A DNA stretch of 64,000 nt. It comes from Torpedo marmorata. Its lineage: Eukaryota. The first letter of the stretch is position 1. Each line of letters opens with the position of its first letter. A program made the translations under genes and the position numbers. The notes below the pieces were generated by a model that worked only from the letters and a program-made list of their open reading frames with translations, was not told the DNA's origin and ran no database searches. Location: contig OZ360221.1 in the NCBI GenBank assembly GCA_977017645.1, positions 165,106,001 through 165,170,000 on the forward strand, given 5' to 3'. Positions 13,201 through 24,349 of this stretch are shown here, piece by piece.

Positions 13201-13786
13201 CCACCGACCACAATGTGTGCTTTCTCAACGTCATTGACGAGTACTCGCGGTTCCCTTTCGCAATTCCCTTCCCCGATACCACTACCACCTCAGTCATAAA
13301 AGCCCTCTGCAAACTCTTCACATTGTTTGGATACCCCTGCTATATCCATAGTGACCGAGGGTCCTCGTTTATGAGTGACGAGCTGCGCCAATACCTGCTG
13401 GCCAGGGGTATCGCGACTAGCAGGACCACGAGCTATAACCCACGGGGCAATGGACAAGTGGAGAGGGAGAACGCCATGGTCTGGAAGGCTACACTCTTAG
13501 CCCTCAGGTCTAAGGGATTACCAGTCTCCCGCTGGCAAGAAGTCCTTCCACTCCATCCGATCCCTGCTATGCACATCCACCAATGCTACACCTCATGAGA
13601 GACTCTTTTCCTTCCCCAGGAAGTTGACCACCGGGACTACCCTACCAGCATGGCTGACGTCCTCAGGGCCAGTGCTGCTCCGGAAACATGTCAGATGGTC
13701 GAGAGGGTTCAATTATTACACGCGAACCTGGCGCCCGCAGGTGCACTGGGACCCGCCGCCGCCCTCGAACACTCCGTAGTTACTGT
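10221..13786 (+). pseudogene. gag-pol of copy B (integrase tail resumes 21931-22124)
   Basis: MENVLRP start; double CCHC knuckle, LFDTGS, YLDN, RNase H, integrase core HSDRG...QVER; stops, frameshifts and short deletions. Confidence 0.93.
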
Positions 13787-13949
13787 TCAGAATCAGAATC
13801 AAAATTTATTGTCATGAACAAGTCACGAAATTCGGTGTTTTGTGGCAACATAACAGTGCAATTAACATTCATATTATAACCATCTTACGACATTACTATA
13901 AAAAATTATAATTATAATAGTGCATGAAAAGTAAGGCAGTGTCTTTGGT

Positions 13950-15488
13950 TCATTGATTATTCAGGAATCTGATGGCAGTGGGGAAGAAGCCATCCCTGTG
14001 CCGTCGAGTGCTCGTCTTTAGGCTCCTGTACCTTTTTCCCGATGGTAGCAGAGTGAAGAGGGCATGGCCTGGGTGGTGGGGGTCTTTGAGGATAGAAGCT
14101 GCTTTTTTAAGACACCGCCTCATGTAAATGTCCTCGATGGAGTGAAGTTTGGTGCCTGTGATGTCACAGGCCGATTTAACAACCCTCTGGAGTTTACTCT
14201 TGTCCTGAGAGTTGGCGCCTCCACACCAGGCAGTGATGCAACCAGCCAGAATGCTCTCCACGGTACACCTGTAGAAGTTTACGAGAGTCTTCTGTGACAT
14301 ACCGACTCTCCTCAGACACCTCACAAAGTATAGCCGCTGACGAGCCTTCTTTGTGATTGCATCAACGATGAGGCTCCAGGACAGACCCTCGTAGATGTTG
14401 ATACTCAGGAATTTGAAGTTCTTGACCCTCTCCACTATTGAGCCCTCGATGAGGACTGGGCCGTGTTCCCCTGACTTCCTCCTGAAGTCCACAATCATCT
14501 CCTTGGTTTTGCTGACGTTGAGCTCAAGATTGTTGTCGTTACACCATTCAACGAGCTGATCTATCTCCCTCCTGTACGCTTCCTCATTGCCATTTGTGAT
14601 TCTGCCGACAACTGTGGTGTCATTGGCAAACTTGTAGATGGCATTGGAATTGTGCCTGGCCACACAGTCATGGGTGTATAACGAGTAGAGCAGTGGGCTA
14701 AGCACGCATCCTTGGGGTGCGCCTGTGTTGATAATCAGTGAGGAGGAGACGTTGTTTCCAATTCCTACTGACTGTGGTCTTCCGATGAGAAAGTCAAGGA
14801 TCCAGTTGCAGAGGGGGGTACAGAGGCCTAGAGTTTGTAGCTTCTTGACCAGCACTGAGGGAATAATGGTATTGAAGGCCGAGCTGTAGTCGATGAAGAG
14901 CAGCCGTATGTATGAATTGCTGTTTTCAAGGTGATCCAGAGCTGAGTGGAGAGCCAGCGATATTGCATCTGCTGTGGAGCGATTGTGACGATAGGCGAAT
15001 TGCAGTGGGTCCAGATCTTTGCTTAGGTACATGTTAATTCTGGCCATGACCAGCCTTTCAAAGCGTTTCATCACAGTAGAACTTAGTGCTACTGGGCGGT
15101 AGTCGTTGAGGCAGCTCACATTACTCTTCTTGGGTACCGGGATGATTGATGCCCTTTTGAAGCAGGTGGGAACCTCTGACTGCCGCAATGAGAGGTTGAA
15201 AATGTCCGTGAACACTCCAGCTAGTTGGTTGGCACAGATTGTCAGTACCCTGCCAGTTTCGCCGTCAGGGCCTGACGCCTTGCGAGGGTTCACCCTCTTG
15301 AATGATGTTTTGACGTCACCCTCAGAGACAGATATCACAGGGTCCTCAGCCTTTTCAGGGATTCTAGAAGGCACTGTTTGGTTCTTCTTCTCAAAGCGGG
15401 CATAGAAGGTGTTCAGCTCATCGGGTAGTGAAGCATCACAGCCGTCTATAGTGTTCGCCCTCACTTTGTAGGCTGTAATGGCCTGCAC
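13950..15488 (-). pseudogene. Non-LTR reverse transcriptase (Rex1-like) with catalytic FADD changed to FAND
   Basis: DYRPVALSS, IDYSSAFNTI, GAPQGCVLSPLLY, FANDT. Confidence 0.9.
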
Positions 15489-15740
15489 TCCCTGCCATAT
15501 CTGGCGTGTATCTGTCTCTGACTCTAGCTTCCTCCGGAATTGCCACTTTGCTTCAGAGATGGTCTTCCGCAGGTCGTGCCTGGACTTCTTGTAAAGATAC
15601 CGGTCCCCGGGGGGGTGTCACGTGATGACGTGAGGTGGAGACGGGTAATTACACCTCTCCCAACGGATTTAATTAAAAATAGACGAAAAGGAAGTTAGGG
15701 TTATTAAAATAAAGTTAAAGTGTGGAGGAAAGGTTCAGGG

Positions 15741-17090
15741 ATGTCCAGTAAAAGAATGAAGGAAGGGAAATTAAAGAAAACAGTGTTAAGGGAAAGTATA
15801 GGTCAGGAGAAAAATCGGCCTACCTTGTTGTTGGAGCCTCGTGAACAAGCTCCTCTCCCCCCGCGGAAGACACAGAAGAAGACGGCGAAGGTACCTGGAG
15901 CACCAACGCCGCCCTCCCGAGGAACTGGGGAAAATGGCGCTGGGGCCCGGAGTTGTAAAGAACTACAACTTCCGGTCGGGCCACTTCCGGCGGACACAAT
16001 GCGCATGCGCGGAACGACGCGCATGCGCGAAGACGTTCGAGAACTGTCAGACACAGCTGACAGTGACAGTTCAACGCTAATGCTCAGCTGTGAGGCTGAG
16101 CAGGGCATTCTAACGTCGGCAGATCCAGGGAAAAGAAGAAGAGAGGAACAAGAAGAACATGAAGGGGAAGAAGGACTACAAGAGATGGAGAGAGAGGGGG
16201 AGGAAGAAGAAAGTGATGAAGAGGAGGCTCCAATGCTTTTAGGTGGGCAAGAGTTAGCAAAGTCAATGATAGAAGCAATGGACAGATTAACAAAAGAAGT
16301 TGCATCTCTAAATCAGCGTATGCAATATGGATTTAAAGCAATTAGGGAAGAAATAAAAGCTGTCAAAGAAGATATGAAGAAGCATTCAGACATTGTGGAT
16401 AAAGTGTCATCGAGGGTTAAGAAAATTGAGGAAAAGGTTGAGGAACACGTCGAAGATTTGGTGGACTACAAGGACAGAGTGGACAAAGTGGAGGATTCGT
16501 TCACGGGTTGGGAGCTGCAAAAGAATGAATTGTTACAAAAATTAGATGTATTAGAAAATCAGAGCCGTAGAAATAATATTAAAATTGTGGGACTGCCCGA
16601 GGATTTTGAAGGAACCAATCCAACTACCTTTTTTCAAGACTGGATCCCGCAGACCTTAGGAAAGGATCACTTTCCGAATGGACTTGAACTGGACAGAGCC
16701 CACAGGGATAGTAGGAGGAAACCGTATCCTGATCAAAGGCCACGCTCAATTCTAATTAGATGCCTGAGATATCAGGATAAGGAAAAAATATTGAAATTGG
16801 CTATTGAAAAGGCAAGAATTCAGCAGGGCCCGTTAAGAATCGATAAGAGCAGGGTATTTTTCTACGCAGATTTGAGCTCGGCAATCATAAAGAAACGGAA
16901 GGAATTTAATCCGGCGAAAGCAGTTTTGTGGGGAAAAGGTTATAAATTTTCTTTTAGGTATCCTGCGACATTGAGAGTGCAGTCGGCAGAGAACCAACCA
17001 ATGTTCTTTACTGATCCCCAAGAAGCTTTACGTCATGCAAATATGCTTCCGGACTCAAAGAAAGGTCAAGGTTCTACGGAGCGTCACTAA
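15741..17090 (+). CDS. L1 ORF1p (acidic tract, coiled coil, RRM/CTD)
   Basis: LENQSRRNNIKIVGLPE, LDRAHR, RPRSILIR; open frame from ATG 15741. Confidence 0.92.
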   Translation: MSSKRMKEGKLKKTVLRESIGQEKNRPTLLLEPREQAPLPPRKTQKKTAKVPGAPTPPSRGTGENGAGARSCKELQLPVGPLPADTMRMRGTTRMREDVRELSDTADSDSSTLMLSCEAEQGILTSADPGKRRREEQEEHEGEEGLQEMEREGEEEESDEEEAPMLLGGQELAKSMIEAMDRLTKEVASLNQRMQYGFKAIREEIKAVKEDMKKHSDIVDKVSSRVKKIEEKVEEHVEDLVDYKDRVDKVEDSFTGWELQKNELLQKLDVLENQSRRNNIKIVGLPEDFEGTNPTTFFQDWIPQTLGKDHFPNGLELDRAHRDSRRKPYPDQRPRSILIRCLRYQDKEKILKLAIEKARIQQGPLRIDKSRVFFYADLSSAIIKKRKEFNPAKAVLWGKGYKFSFRYPATLRVQSAENQPMFFTDPQEALRHANMLPDSKKGQGSTERH

Positions 17091-17481
17091 ACTATCTGAC
17101 TGGCTTAAAATTGCTCTCGTCAAGAGTTTTGGAACATGTCGTTGGGGTAGTAACCGATGAAGATTAAGTTAATAGGAATCTTGGAGTTGTTTCACGAAGA
17201 GACGATAACATAATTTGTTCGGAATCCGTATGGGGGAGGTGGACTTCTGGTCTTACTTGACCTAGTCGCGCGTCATTTTAGTGGCGAGGGCCACTTCCCG
17301 AGCAATGGAGGGGGGTAGTACTGGTGTAAGTTTACCAGTATTATATATAGGGGGTTCTCTAGTTCTCTATTCTCTTTTTATATCCTTTTCTCTTTTTTCT
17401 TCTAAGGAGGTGTCATATAGTTTACAGATGTGGGGGGGGAGCCAGCGGATCCGAGGGAGAGAAAGTTACTGTACATCAGCA

Positions 17482-20400
17482 ATGGCGGACAGTAAATTAA
17501 TAAATGTAGTTAGTATTAATATAAATGGGCTCAATAACCCTATTAAGAGGAAGAAAACTTTAGCATACATCAAAAAATTGAAGGCAGACATAGCTATGTT
17601 ACAGGAGACGCATCTGACTGATTTAGAACATCAGAAGTTGAAAAGAGATTGGATTGGTCAAGTGGTGGCGTCTTCATTTAATTCCAAGGCTAAAGGGGTC
17701 GCTATTCTAATTAATAAGAAGCTACCCCTTAAAATACACTCAGTGGTTACTGATGGGTCAGGAAGATACGTCTTAATAAACTGTCAGATATTTTCAGAAA
17801 TGTGGACTCTTATGAATATATATGTGCCGAATACGCAAGATGATCAATTTATTCAAGATTCCTTTATGCATCTGTCAGAGGCATACGATAATATTTTAAT
17901 TGGTGGAGATTTTAATTGTTGCTTGGACCCAGTAATGGATAAAACATCCAAATCAATTATTAGAACTAAAACTGCAAAGAGAATTCTAACGATGATGGAA
18001 GACTTGAATCTAACTGATATTTGGAGGAAGTTGAATCCGAGAGAAAAAGATTACTCCTTTTATTCCTCTAGACATGATTCTTATTCTAGAATAGACATGT
18101 TTTTGCTGTCATCACAATTACAGGATAGGGTGACTCAAGTACAATATAAGGCTAGATTAATTTCTGACCACTCGCCTTTATTATTGTCGTGCATAATTCC
18201 AGAGAAAGAAAAAATTATATATAAATGGAGGTTTAACTCTTCTTTACTAAAGAGAGTGGATTTTTGTAAATATATAAGAAGAGAAATCCAGGAATTTTTA
18301 CAGATTAATACGGATTCCATGGATAACAAATTTATTATTTGGGATGCTTTGAAGGCTTATTTAAGAGGTCAGATAATAAGTTATTCAGCAAAAGTTAAGA
18401 AGGAAAATATTCAGGAATTGGATAATTTGGAGAAGGAGATTGAATTTTTGGAGAAGGATCTACAAAAGAAGAGATCAGAAGAAAAGAAGAAAGATTTAAT
18501 TGGGAAAAAGTTATATTATAATACGTTACAAACACATAAATTGGAAAAACTCATTGAAAGGACTAAGCAAAGGTACTATGAACTGGGAGAAAGAGCTCAT
18601 AAAGTTTTAGCCTGGCAATTAAAGAAGGAACAAACCTCTAGAACTATAACGGCTATAAAAAAGAATTCTAAGAAAATAACTTATAAACCGCGAGAAATAA
18701 ATGATTCTTTCAAAGATTTTTATTTGAATTTATATACATCTCAAGCCGAGAAAGATGATTCTAAAATTAACACATTTTTATCCAAAATTAAGATGCCCAG
18801 GTTAGATACACTTAGTAAAGAATCTTTAGATTCACCATTTACGATGAGGGAAGTCGATGGGGTTCTTAGTTCTTTGACAAGTGGGAAATCTCCGGGGGAG
18901 GATGGTTTCCCATCAGAGTTTTATAAGAAATTTAAGGACTTATTGATCCCTCCTTATATGGAGGTGTTAAAACAAATAACGGAAACCCATTCTCTACCGG
19001 AATCCTTCACCAATGCATTAATAACAGTTATACCGAAAAGAGATAGAGACTTGTTGAGAACAGAATCATATAGACCAATATCGTTGTTAAATGTGGACTA
19101 TAAAATAGTGGCGAAAATTTTAGCAAACAGAGTGGCTAAGTTCTTACCAGTCTTAGTCCATGGAGATCAGGCAGGCTTTATTAGAAACAGATATTCAAAA
19201 GATAATATCGCTAGATTAATTAGTCTAATAAACGTGGCACAACAAAGAGAAGAACTGTCATTAGTATTAGCATTAGATGCCGAAAAGGCTTTTGATAGAT
19301 TAGAGTGGAATTATTTATTTAAGGTATTGGAAAAATTTGGTTTTGGAAATACATTTATTAATTGGATTAAAACTATATATAAAGAACCGTCTGCCAGAGT
19401 GGTCACAAATGGTCAAATATCTTCAAAATTTTCCTTAACCAGATCTACTAGACAAGGTTGTCCTTTGTCGCCAGCATTGTTTGTTTTAGCAATAGAACCT
19501 TTAGCCGAATTAATTAGACAAGATAGTAAGATTGCAGGTATTAAAGTTGGTAAGGAAGAACACAAAATTAGTTTGTTTGCAGATGACGTATTGATATATA
19601 TGACAAATCCTATTAATTCTCTAACACAATTGGCTGTTTTATTAAAAGAATTTGGGGGATTATCTGGTTACAAGATTAACTCGGATAAAAGTGAAATTAT
19701 GCCTTTAACACAAGGGGACTATAGCGATTGTAAAGAAATTACACAATTTAAATGGGCAAAGGGAGGAATTAAGTATTTGGGAATAAAGATTGATACAAAA
19801 TTATCCAATTTGTATAAATTAAATTATTTACCACTATTTGTGAATATAAAAAAGGATTTGGAGAGATGGAAGGATTTGCCTATAACTTTAATGGGAAGGG
19901 TAAATTGTATTAAAATGAACGTTTTTCCGAGAATTCAGTATCTTTTTCAATCCATTCCCTATGAAATCCCTCAGAAGTTTTTTAAGGATTTGAATTTAAT
20001 TATTAGGGCATTTTTGTGGAAAGGAAAGTTGGCGAGAGTAGGATTGGAGAAATTAACCTGGAACTACGAAATGGGTGGTCTAAAGCTTCCTAATTTTCAA
20101 TATTATTATAAAGCAGCCCAACTAAAATTTATTAACGAATTGTTTGATTTAGGGAAGCTCTCTGCTTGGATGAGAATAGAATTAAATAATATAGGAGAGG
20201 ATTTGAAAGAAGAAGTCATTTATAAATGGAATTCTAAATTATTATTAACAAGAGGGAAAAATTCTCCTATTTTTGGGCACTTGCTAGAAATATGGAATAG
20301 AGTGGATAGAGAAATAGGAGCGAAAGGATCAATTTCTCGAAGAATGCCTCTATATCAAAATGAACTTATTCCATTTACTGTTGATAATCAACTATTTAAA

Positions 20401-21270
20401 ATTTGGTACCAAAAGGGAATTAAGGAAATAAATGATTGTTTTGAAGCTGGTAAATTTATTACGTTTCAGAGAATGGAAGATAAATTTAGGGTAGCAAATA
20501 ATACAATCTTTGCTTATTATCAAATTAGGGCGTTTTTAGGGGAAAGGTTGGGCCGCGGCTTGATCTTACCAAGGCAGACTGAATTGGAATTATTAGTTAC
20601 TAATGGAGGTGTGCCTAAATTTATTTCTCAAATGTACAGATTGTTACAGAGGAAACTTCCTAAAACAGGAATTCATAAATCAAGATTAAATTGGGAAAAA
20701 GATTTGAATATAACAATAGATGAAGAACACTGGAAAAAATTATGTAAACAAAGTATGACGAAGATTATTAATGTTAGATATAGATTGGTGCAATATAATT
20801 TTTTTCATCAACTATATTTAACACCTAAAAGACTAAAGAAATTTAATCCGACATTATCTGGTTTATGTTTTAGATGTAATAAAGAGGAAGGTTCTTTTGT
20901 ACATTCTACATGGTTTTGTCCAAAAGTTTATGATTTTTGGTTGAAAGTTAAAAACCTTTTAGATAAAGTATTAGGAACTACACTTCCAATGGATCCTATG
21001 ATATTTTTGTTTGGAGATATTGAAGGAACCAGTGTTGGAGTGAAATTGAATATGTACCAGACGGAGTTTTTGCGTGTTGCGTTGGCCGTTTCTAAGAAAT
21101 GTATTGCCACTACATGGAAGTCGGATGTAGATTTGGGGTTGGAAAGATGGCACGCAGAATTGCGTTCTTGAATACCACTCGAAAAAATTACATATAATTT
21201 ACGTGATAAGTATCATTTCTTTTTGGAAGTATGGAGCCCATATATAAAAACTGTGGGTTTAAGGATTTGA
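17482..21270 (+). CDS. L1 ORF2p (APE endonuclease, RT, CCHC) with one premature stop at 21169-21171
   Basis: NINGL, LQETHL, GGDFN, SDH, RQGCPLSP, FADD, CFRC...H...C; frame continues to TGA 21270; the paralog at 28159-28710 has TGT where this copy has TGA. Confidence 0.95.
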
Positions 21271-22191
21271 AGATCTCTGGTCATCGGGTCTGGCTGGCGA
21301 GCCTATCCTCCACAATAAGATCAGTTTATAGTTGTTCTTTTTAGATTGACATTCTCCTTACTCTATCCTTTTCTTCTTCTTTCTTTCTTTTCGGGAGGGT
21401 TAGGGAAGGGAGGGTGGGTGAAAATGTATCACATGTAATTTGAGGAATTTGCGTTTTAAACTGTGTATTGTGTGATTTAAAAATTTTAAATAAAATATTT
21501 AAAAAAAAAAAAAAAATGATCCCGGTCCCCAGCCTTAAACGCCCTTGTTCTCGTCCTCAGCAGGTTGCGAATTCTCTGATTCATCCAGGGCTTCTGGTTG
21601 GGAAACACCCGGTATTTGCACGTGGGCACACACTCATCCACGCAGGTCTTGATGAAGTCGGTGACTCCTGTTGCATATTCATTCAGGTCTATGGATGAGT
21701 GCTTGAATATGTTCCAGTCCACCGATTCAAAGCAGTCCTGCAGACGCTCCTCCGCCCCCCTCGACCATACTTTTGCCTTCTTCACCACTGGTGCTGTGGT
21801 GTTCAGTCTCTGCTTGTACGCCGGGAGTAGAAGTACAGCCAGGTGATCAGACTTGCCGAAGTGCGGTCATGGTATGGCTCGGTATGCGTTCTTCACGGTG
21901 GTGTAGCAGTGGTCGAGTGTGTTGTTACCCCTGTACCTACCATTAAGGACACACAAGAGGCACCACCCAATTCAAACATGACACCAAATGTACCGGCATG
22001 TTCACCCGAGATTTCGCGAATGCCAGACGTGCTGATACCCCAAATCAGGCAGGAGGCAGCACCGCCGCCTGCCCCATCACCACAAGTACTGCGCTGATCA
22101 CAGTCTGATTGACTCGATTTGTAATTTTAATTCTTTGTAAATATTGTTATACCCTTCACCCCGTTGGACTCTTTTGAAAAGAAAGGATGAA

Positions 22192-22426
22192 TGTGGTAAA
22201 CCACTATGTATAGGTTGTGGGCTGGGTGATATGTCTGGACATGCCCTCTGTTGACTGTCCCGGTGGCTCCTCCCACAGACCCCCTGAATAAAGGCCATTG
22301 TGTCAACACTCCTCCCCCAGTTCGGGACAGATCACCAGCATGAATGTAGCTCCATTCTTTTGCCAATAAAAGCCTTTCAGTTCTTGTGTAATTTCTAGTC
22401 TTTTGGAGTTATTGATGGGCTCATCA
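22192..22426 (+). repeat. 3' LTR of copy B
   Basis: TG...CA, preceded by purine tract GAAAAGAAAGGATGAA. Confidence 0.95.
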
Positions 22427-22597
22427 GTGAAATAGAACTATCTTTCACTACCACCAGTGCCAGTGTGGCAAGGGCATTTTTACATTTTAAAGTAGAATGC
22501 ATATCATGAACAGAAAAATGTTTTAAATGTTACATGGTCTGATAAGTAAAATAAAATATTTTGAACATTTAAATGAGACATTTGTTTTCCTTAACAG

Positions 22598-22671
22598 AAT
22601 TAAATACATTTCTAAACCCAAGATTTAGAGGGAATTATGCATCTAATGCTGAGAGACCCAAAGAGATCGAG
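22598..22671 (+). CDS. Candidate isolated host exon (xLNTFLNPRFRGNYASNAERPKEIE), gene not recognised
   Basis: Acceptor tttgttttccttaacAG, donor GAG/GTATGT, one open frame, unique AT-rich flanks. Confidence 0.45.
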
Positions 22672-24124
22672 GTATGTGTGCTCTATCCAAGTTTTCTCCT
22701 TGATCCCAATACATTCATCTGAGATTTTAGTTAGCATCTTGTGTTTTTTTTTGGAGCAAAGTTACAGCAGACCAGCTGGCAACAATGTTGGTGGGCCTAT
22801 GCAATTGTAGTACCTTTTTAAATGCCAAGTGTTACTGCCACTGTTATATTCCCTGAGTGAGGCTTGTCTCATTTCTGCTGGACGTACATCTTGGGAATTG
22901 GACTTTCCACTTTGTTATTGATCCAATGACGATCTGATGCTTGCAGATTTTTAAAAAAAAGTTAAAATAATAAAGGATGGGCTTATTATTAATTACAAAG
23001 TACTTCACTTTGAGGTTTTCAGTTTGCATAATGATGTGACTGGCAGATAATTATTTCTCACATGCAAGCCAAAAAAAACTGCCAGTACAACTTGATGTGT
23101 TGTTTTTATAACTATGGACTTCCAGCAGGGAACACACACTGGGAAATGTTGGGCATACTTCCCACAAAATTCCATCCATTAAAATTAACATTAAAGTAAT
23201 GCTGGAAAATCATAGTGGATGTTGCTACAATGTCTCAATGTAATTTCTTGACTGGTGATGTTTCTATCATAAGCTGACTCTTGGCCCAAACAGTAAAGAC
23301 AGTAAATATTTTTGGAAATTTTTATATACACAAATAGCTGAAAGTTAATTTTACTATAAATATCCTTAAGAAATTTATTTTCTTCAGCATTTCATGCAGA
23401 ACGTGTTTACAATTTTGTTAGTAATGCAGAACAAACCAATTCTTCACTAATTGGATTACAAAGCCACTGAGAAATTCCCTTCAATGTAGAATCCCACCAT
23501 ATCACCTCTGCACTAATTGTTATACATGGAACTTCAAGGCCACATGCTTTCCACAACACAGTATATAGTTTCAAATTACAGATTTGAAGAAATCAGATTA
23601 AGTCTCTGTGATTATTTTACAATTTATGACGATGGTAGTTTTCCTTACAAAACCCATATGATGCTGTAAGTTCACACAGGTAAATATTACTATATATAGA
23701 AAACAAATCTTTGGAAACGTTTACAGAAAGACAGGTTGACTGAAAACTTCTGTTGATTCTTTATTGAAAACAATTAGTGTCCAAAACACCGACCTGAATT
23801 TAAGTTTTAAAAATCCGATCGGGTTTTAAAAATAGTGTGTAATCAAAAGTCCTTTGATTAACAAACCCATGTCCACATGCTTGACTATGAATTCGATCTT
23901 CCCATTATGTTCTTCAAAGTTAATGAGCATGACATAAAATATTACACTAAAACTTTCAGAAGTTGTGGTGCAACCCTCAGCATTGTCTAGAAACTGATTA
24001 TGATGTAGACTAGAAGTTATAGAAGCGGTGAATTTTGCCTTCATCAGCTGATCAGCAACCTAGGAAGTCGATGACCTATCCATGAGAGGACCTCTCGATT
24101 TTCACTTTATTTAAATAACTCAGT

Positions 24125-24250
24125 TAGTACCTCCTTGATGATTGCTGTTGCTCTCCGTTGGCTGCTTTCCATCTAGATTTTCTCAATGGCAGGGAGAGTT
24201 TTGCCTGTGATGTCCTGGGCTGTGTCCACTTCCTTTTGCAGGGCTTTCTC
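24125..24250 (-). mobile_element. Rex1-type fragment
   Basis: Matches 39860-39980 in reverse. Confidence 0.65.
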
Positions 24251-24349
24251 TACCTTGTGCTTCCTGCTTCTTGGCGTCTCTGGTGGAACATGGTGGCCAG
24301 CTTTTGTAGTTTGCTAAGCTGAATACTGGATAGTCTCTGACTGAGCAAA

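Larger units (their letters stand above)
15609..21516 (+). mobile_element. Full-length L1 LINE
   Basis: G-run 5' end, two ORFs, AATAAA plus poly(A), TSD GAT(A/C)CCGGTCCCC (15596-15608, 21518-21530). Confidence 0.96.
13787..21930 (-). mobile_element. Rex1/Babar-type LINE, 5'-truncated, split by L1
   Basis: EN end (TLDHCY...GKSDH) at 21531-21930; RT at 13950-15608; CATGACAATAAA plus (TTCTGA)n tail; CTGT at both junctions. Confidence 0.92.
9616..22426 (+). mobile_element. Compact Ty3/Gypsy (Mag-like), copy B, with nested L1 fragment, Rex1 and full-length L1
   Basis: LTRs 9616-10197 and 22192-22426; TSD GTGAA (9611-9615, 22427-22431). Confidence 0.95.

Noticed and set aside
17281-17481. N-terminal extension of L1 ORF2
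   Set aside because: GTG start in the spacer; endonuclease homology begins at ATG 17482
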